From Chthonomonadaceae bacterium (GTDB taxonomy: Bacteria > Armatimonadota > Chthonomonadetes > Chthonomonadales > Chthonomonadaceae): a stretch of DNA of 55,198 bases. The notes under the pieces were generated by a model. That model had not been told where the DNA came from, ran no database searches, and saw only the letters and a list, made by a program, of their open reading frames with translations. Every line of letters begins with the position of its first letter. The stretch's first letter is position 1. Where the stretch lies: contig DASRGZ010000019.1 in assembly GCA_035650735.1 (NCBI GenBank), positions 1 through 55,198 of the forward strand, in the 5' to 3' direction. This document shows positions 52,154-55,198 of the stretch, piece by piece. Position numbers and translations under genes: made by a program.

Positions 52154-53095
52154 ATGCACATAGCCAACACCTATCGCGTCCGAGGGAACCGACTCGTGCG
52201 CGATATTGCCGCATTGCTGGGAGCCGCGGTCTCCTCTTGGATGCCGTGGGGTTCCCTCCAGCCTGACTCCTCCACGACTCTGAAACCCTTTTTGTTTAGA
52301 TATAGCGCTTGTTTGCGGTTGCTGCCTTCGCGGCGCGTCTGGTGCGGTCTCTGTCTCTGGGCCGCGCTGCTGGGCGGCTTAGGAATGCGGCCCGCCGGAG
52401 CCTCGCCCCCGGCGGCTTCACAGGCGGAGCGCCTCACACCGGTGGATGTGGGCGTGCTGGTCAACCCGATTGCAGCCGATAGCGCGCGCGTGGGCATCGC
52501 CTTTCATCAGCGCGTGCCCCACGCCCAGGTTCAGGCGGCGCTGGCGCGTCTGGCGCAGACGCCGGGCTGGACGCTCAGCCAGATCCAGATCGTGGACGAC
52601 CGCATTAACCGTGACCCGCTCACGACGACCGCCGCGTTTGTCGTGCAGAATGCGCCGCAGACGCTGGGCTCCGCGCCCAATCTCTGGCCTTATCTGCGCG
52701 CCTTCCAACGCTGGAACCGCGTCGAAGTGCTCTTTCTGGGCATGGATTTTCGTCCCTATACCGGCATAGAGCAGTGGGACCATCCGGCGCTCTCCGTGCG
52801 TCTGCTGCAACAGGGACAGGGGATCTATCGCTATCAGGCCGATATCCGTGACCATCAGAGGGCGCTGCCGGCGCTGCCGGTGGCCGCAGCCACGACCAAT
52901 GACGCTGTGGCGGGCCCGGAGGGCACGCCTGCCGAGACGGCCCGCGCTGGCAAGCGCGCGGACCTGGGCGCTTACTGGTCGGCCGTGTTGGTGTTGGCCG
53001 GTCTGGGATTGCTCTGCGGCGCGGCGGCCCTTCTCTGGGCGGCACGCCGCCCGGCCGTGCATCCCTCCGCCGGCAGCTTCGGCCCCAAGGTCTAG
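52154..53095 (+). CDS. Hypothetical exported protein with a C-terminal transmembrane anchor
   Basis: Signal-like segment (WCGLCLWAALLGGLG..AGA) and a C-terminal transmembrane helix followed by RR. The true start is probably downstream of 52154. Confidence 0.65.
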   Translation: MHIANTYRVRGNRLVRDIAALLGAAVSSWMPWGSLQPDSSTTLKPFLFRYSACLRLLPSRRVWCGLCLWAALLGGLGMRPAGASPPAASQAERLTPVDVGVLVNPIAADSARVGIAFHQRVPHAQVQAALARLAQTPGWTLSQIQIVDDRINRDPLTTTAAFVVQNAPQTLGSAPNLWPYLRAFQRWNRVEVLFLGMDFRPYTGIEQWDHPALSVRLLQQGQGIYRYQADIRDHQRALPALPVAAATTNDAVAGPEGTPAETARAGKRADLGAYWSAVLVLAGLGLLCGAAALLWAARRPAVHPSAGSFGPKV

Positions 53096-53100
53096 CCGTA

Positions 53101-53278
53101 TTAGGGTTCTGGGGTTCTAGAGAGTTCTGTAGGGTTCTAAGGGTGCTGGTTCCCCCGCGCGTGGGGAATAGGGCGCTCTCGGATTGCGGCAACCGTTCGT
53201 TGTTGCTGGTTCCCCCCGCGCGTGGGGAATAGCTCAGAATCTTAGAACCCTACAGAACCTTAGCACCCTAGCACCCTA
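53101..53278. repeat. TAGGGTTCT-type tandem inverted arms enclosing the mini-array
   Basis: TTAGGGTTCTGGGGTTCTAGAGAGTTCTGTAGGGTTCTAAGGGTGCT versus AGAATCTTAGAACCCTACAGAACCTTAGCACCCTAGCACCCTA. Confidence 0.85.
53144..53232 (-). CRISPR. Single-spacer mini-array with type I-E-like repeats
   Basis: Minus strand: CTATTCCCCACGCGCGGGGGGAACCAGCA (29 nt), a 32-nt spacer (53172-53203), then the same repeat lacking one G (28 nt). Confidence 0.7.
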
Positions 53279-53307
53279 CTATTCCCCGCAGGCGCGGGGG
53301 TGAACCG
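53279..53307 (+). CRISPR. Solitary canonical type I-E CRISPR repeat
   Basis: CTATTCCCCGCAGGCGCGGGGGTGAACCG: 29 nt, perfect CCCCGC/GCGGGG stem, 4-nt loop and GTGAACCG 8-nt tail. Confidence 0.75.
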
Positions 53308-53331
53308 CCCGGCTACGAAAGGAACTATGTA

Positions 53332-54465
53332 ATGAGTCTCGAACTTGATGATATGCTCCGATACGCGGCAGAGCGCCAGTCCTCTGACCTCTTTATCCGC
53401 GCCAACGCGATCCCCTCCATCCGCCTGCACGGGCGCGTGGTGCCCACCGATTTTCCCGTCATCTCCCCGGAGCAGGCCCATGCGCTGGCCTTCAGCAAGA
53501 TGTCCCCCCGCCAGCAGGCGATCTTTGAGCAGCATCATGAGATGGACCTGGCATTCACCGTCGGCGGCGTGACCCGCATCCGCATGAACGTCTATATGCA
53601 GCGCGGCACCGTCGGCTGCGCCTGCCGGCTGATCCCCCTGGAGATACGCAGTCTGGAGGACCTGGGCATCCCGCCCAAGGTCAAGGAGTTCGTCACGAAC
53701 CGCAACGGGCTGGTGCTGGTGACCGGGCCGACCGGATCGGGCAAGACGACGACGCTGGCGGCCATGATTGATGTGATCAACCAGACGCGCCCCGTGCATA
53801 TCGTCACCATCGAGGATCCCATTGAGTTCGTCCATGAGGATAAACAGGCCATCATCAGCCAGCGGGAAATCGGTATTGATACCGAGAGCTTCCAGATGGC
53901 GCTGCGCCACGTGCTGCGCCAGGCACCGGATATTATTCTGATCGGCGAGATGCGCGACATCGAGACTATGAACGTGGCGCTCCAGGCGGCGGAGACCGGC
54001 CACCTGGTCTTCGCAACAGTCCACACGGCCAGCGCGGCGGAGACCCTGGACCGTATCTCGAATATGTTTGCGCCCCACGAGCGCCCGATGCTCTGGCTGC
54101 GCCTGTCGGTGTCGCTGCGCGGCGTCATCTCTCAGAAGCTGCTGCCGCGCGCCGATGGCACGGGCCGCGTGGCCGCCGTAGAAGTCATGGATGTGACCCC
54201 GACCATCGCCAAGATGCTGGAGGAAGGCAAGTCCGACGACATCTATTCGGCCATCCGGCAAGCCGGACAGGAAGCTTACTGGGGTATGCAGACCATGAAC
54301 CAGTGCCTGCTCCGCTACTATAAAAGCGGGGTCATCACCGAGCAGGAGGCCCTCGCCAACGCGGGCAACTATTCGGAGATGAAGCAGATGATACGCATGG
54401 CCTCGCACCAGACCAGTCAGCAGCCCGTCGTCGGCCCCCAGATCCCGGGGCTGACCAATCGCTAA
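53332..54465 (+). CDS. pilT: Type IV pilus retraction ATPase (PilT/PilU family)
   Basis: SSDLFI, GPTGSGKTT, TIEDPIE, SQREIG, LRQAPDIILIGEMRD, AAETGHLVFATVH and GMQTMNQ motifs. Confidence 0.93.
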   Translation: MSLELDDMLRYAAERQSSDLFIRANAIPSIRLHGRVVPTDFPVISPEQAHALAFSKMSPRQQAIFEQHHEMDLAFTVGGVTRIRMNVYMQRGTVGCACRLIPLEIRSLEDLGIPPKVKEFVTNRNGLVLVTGPTGSGKTTTLAAMIDVINQTRPVHIVTIEDPIEFVHEDKQAIISQREIGIDTESFQMALRHVLRQAPDIILIGEMRDIETMNVALQAAETGHLVFATVHTASAAETLDRISNMFAPHERPMLWLRLSVSLRGVISQKLLPRADGTGRVAAVEVMDVTPTIAKMLEEGKSDDIYSAIRQAGQEAYWGMQTMNQCLLRYYKSGVITEQEALANAGNYSEMKQMIRMASHQTSQQPVVGPQIPGLTNR

Positions 54466-54476
54466 CGCCGCCGATA

Positions 54477-54566
54477 CAGGGAGAGGGAGTGGAAGGCAGG
54501 GAGGCCGATTGCGGCCTGTCCCTGCTCTCTAATCTCCACTCCCTGCTCCCCTGTTCATCCCCTGCA
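54477..54566. repeat. Imperfect purine/pyrimidine-armed hairpin between the pilT paralogues
   Basis: CAGGGAGAGGGAGTGGA..GCAGGGAGGCCG-ATTG-CGGCCTGTCCCTGC..TCCACTCCCTGCTCCCCTG. Confidence 0.6.
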
Positions 54567-54605
54567 GCCGCTCGTTTCAAATTATGTTTCTAAGAGGAAT
54601 AGCTC

Positions 54606-55198
54606 ATGATCCACATCGATCAACTATTGCATATGCTGGTAGAGCGAGAGGCGTCCGACCTGCATCTGCGGGTGGGGGAGCCGCCCGTGATGCGCATTCA
54701 TGGCGAGTTGACGCGCCTGGATATGCCCAAGCTGACCGACCGGGACATGTATGATCTGGTCCATCCCATGATGAACCCGGAACGCCAGATGCGCTTTGAG
54801 CAGACGATGGAACTGGATATGTCCTATCAGGTTCCGGGGCTGTCGCGCTTCCGTGTCAACATCTTCCGGCAGCAGGGGCACATCGGAGCGGTCATGCGCG
54901 TTATCCCCTTCCGCATCCGCACCATTGACGAGCTTGGGATGCCTCCGGTGACCAAAGACATTGCCATGCTGCCGCGCGGCCTGGTGCTGGTGACCGGGCC
55001 GACGGGATCGGGCAAGTCTACCTCGCTGGCGGCCATGATCGATCACATCAACGAGCGCAAGCCGGGGCATATCATCACCATTGAAGACCCGATTGAGTAT
55101 CAGCATCAGGACAAGGTTTGCGCGATTAATCAGCGGGAGGTCGGGGTAGATACTCACAGTTTTCATGACGCACTCAAGCATGTGATGCGCCAGAACCC
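54606..55198 (+). CDS. pilT: Second PilT-family ATPase, 3' truncated by the window edge
   Basis: Read directly from the sequence: [50 protein letters not shown]. Confidence 0.93.
   Translation, partial: MIHIDQLLHMLVEREASDLHLRVGEPPVMRIHGELTRLDMPKLTDRDMYDLVHPMMNPERQMRFEQTMELDMSYQVPGLSRFRVNIFRQQGHIGAVMRVIPFRIRTIDELGMPPVTKDIAMLPRGLVLVTGPTGSGKSTSLAAMIDHINERKPGHIITIEDPIEYQHQDKVCAINQREVGVDTHSFHDALKHVMRQN

Noticed and set aside
51958..52160. tRNA-Ala as an integration site for a genomic island
   Set aside because: No integrase and no duplicated tRNA 3' end were seen in the window.

Overview
A GC-rich bacterial chromosomal window. The lineage is inferred, not shown: PEP-CTERM and copper-amine-oxidase-like N-terminal proteins and a fused SBP-permease suggest Armatimonadota. 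It carries mostly housekeeping and metabolic genes: metH (5' partial), dapF-hfq-miaA, ilvA, an M16 peptidase, a MoxR-DUF58-transglutaminase triad, holA, rpsT, a sugar ABC transporter, ftsY, RidA, an S41 peptidase, tRNA-Ala(GGC) and tandem pilT genes. A BlaI/BlaR1-like pair sits next to a likely co-regulated gene that shares its operator. No cas, transposase or integrase gene was recognised. The most unusual signal is non-coding. (1) Two single-spacer mini-arrays (38422-38511 and 53144-53232) have type I-E CRISPR geometry (28-29 nt repeats, 32 nt spacer) but locus-specific divergent repeats, and a canonical solitary I-E repeat lies 24 nt upstream of pilT. (2) Several families of small palindromic elements are nested inside one another at reproducible sites, and one ~400 nt composite is translated in frame inside the M16 peptidase. 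Several frameshifts (~9677, ~10655, 11861-12030, ~17759) may be sequencing errors or pseudogenes.
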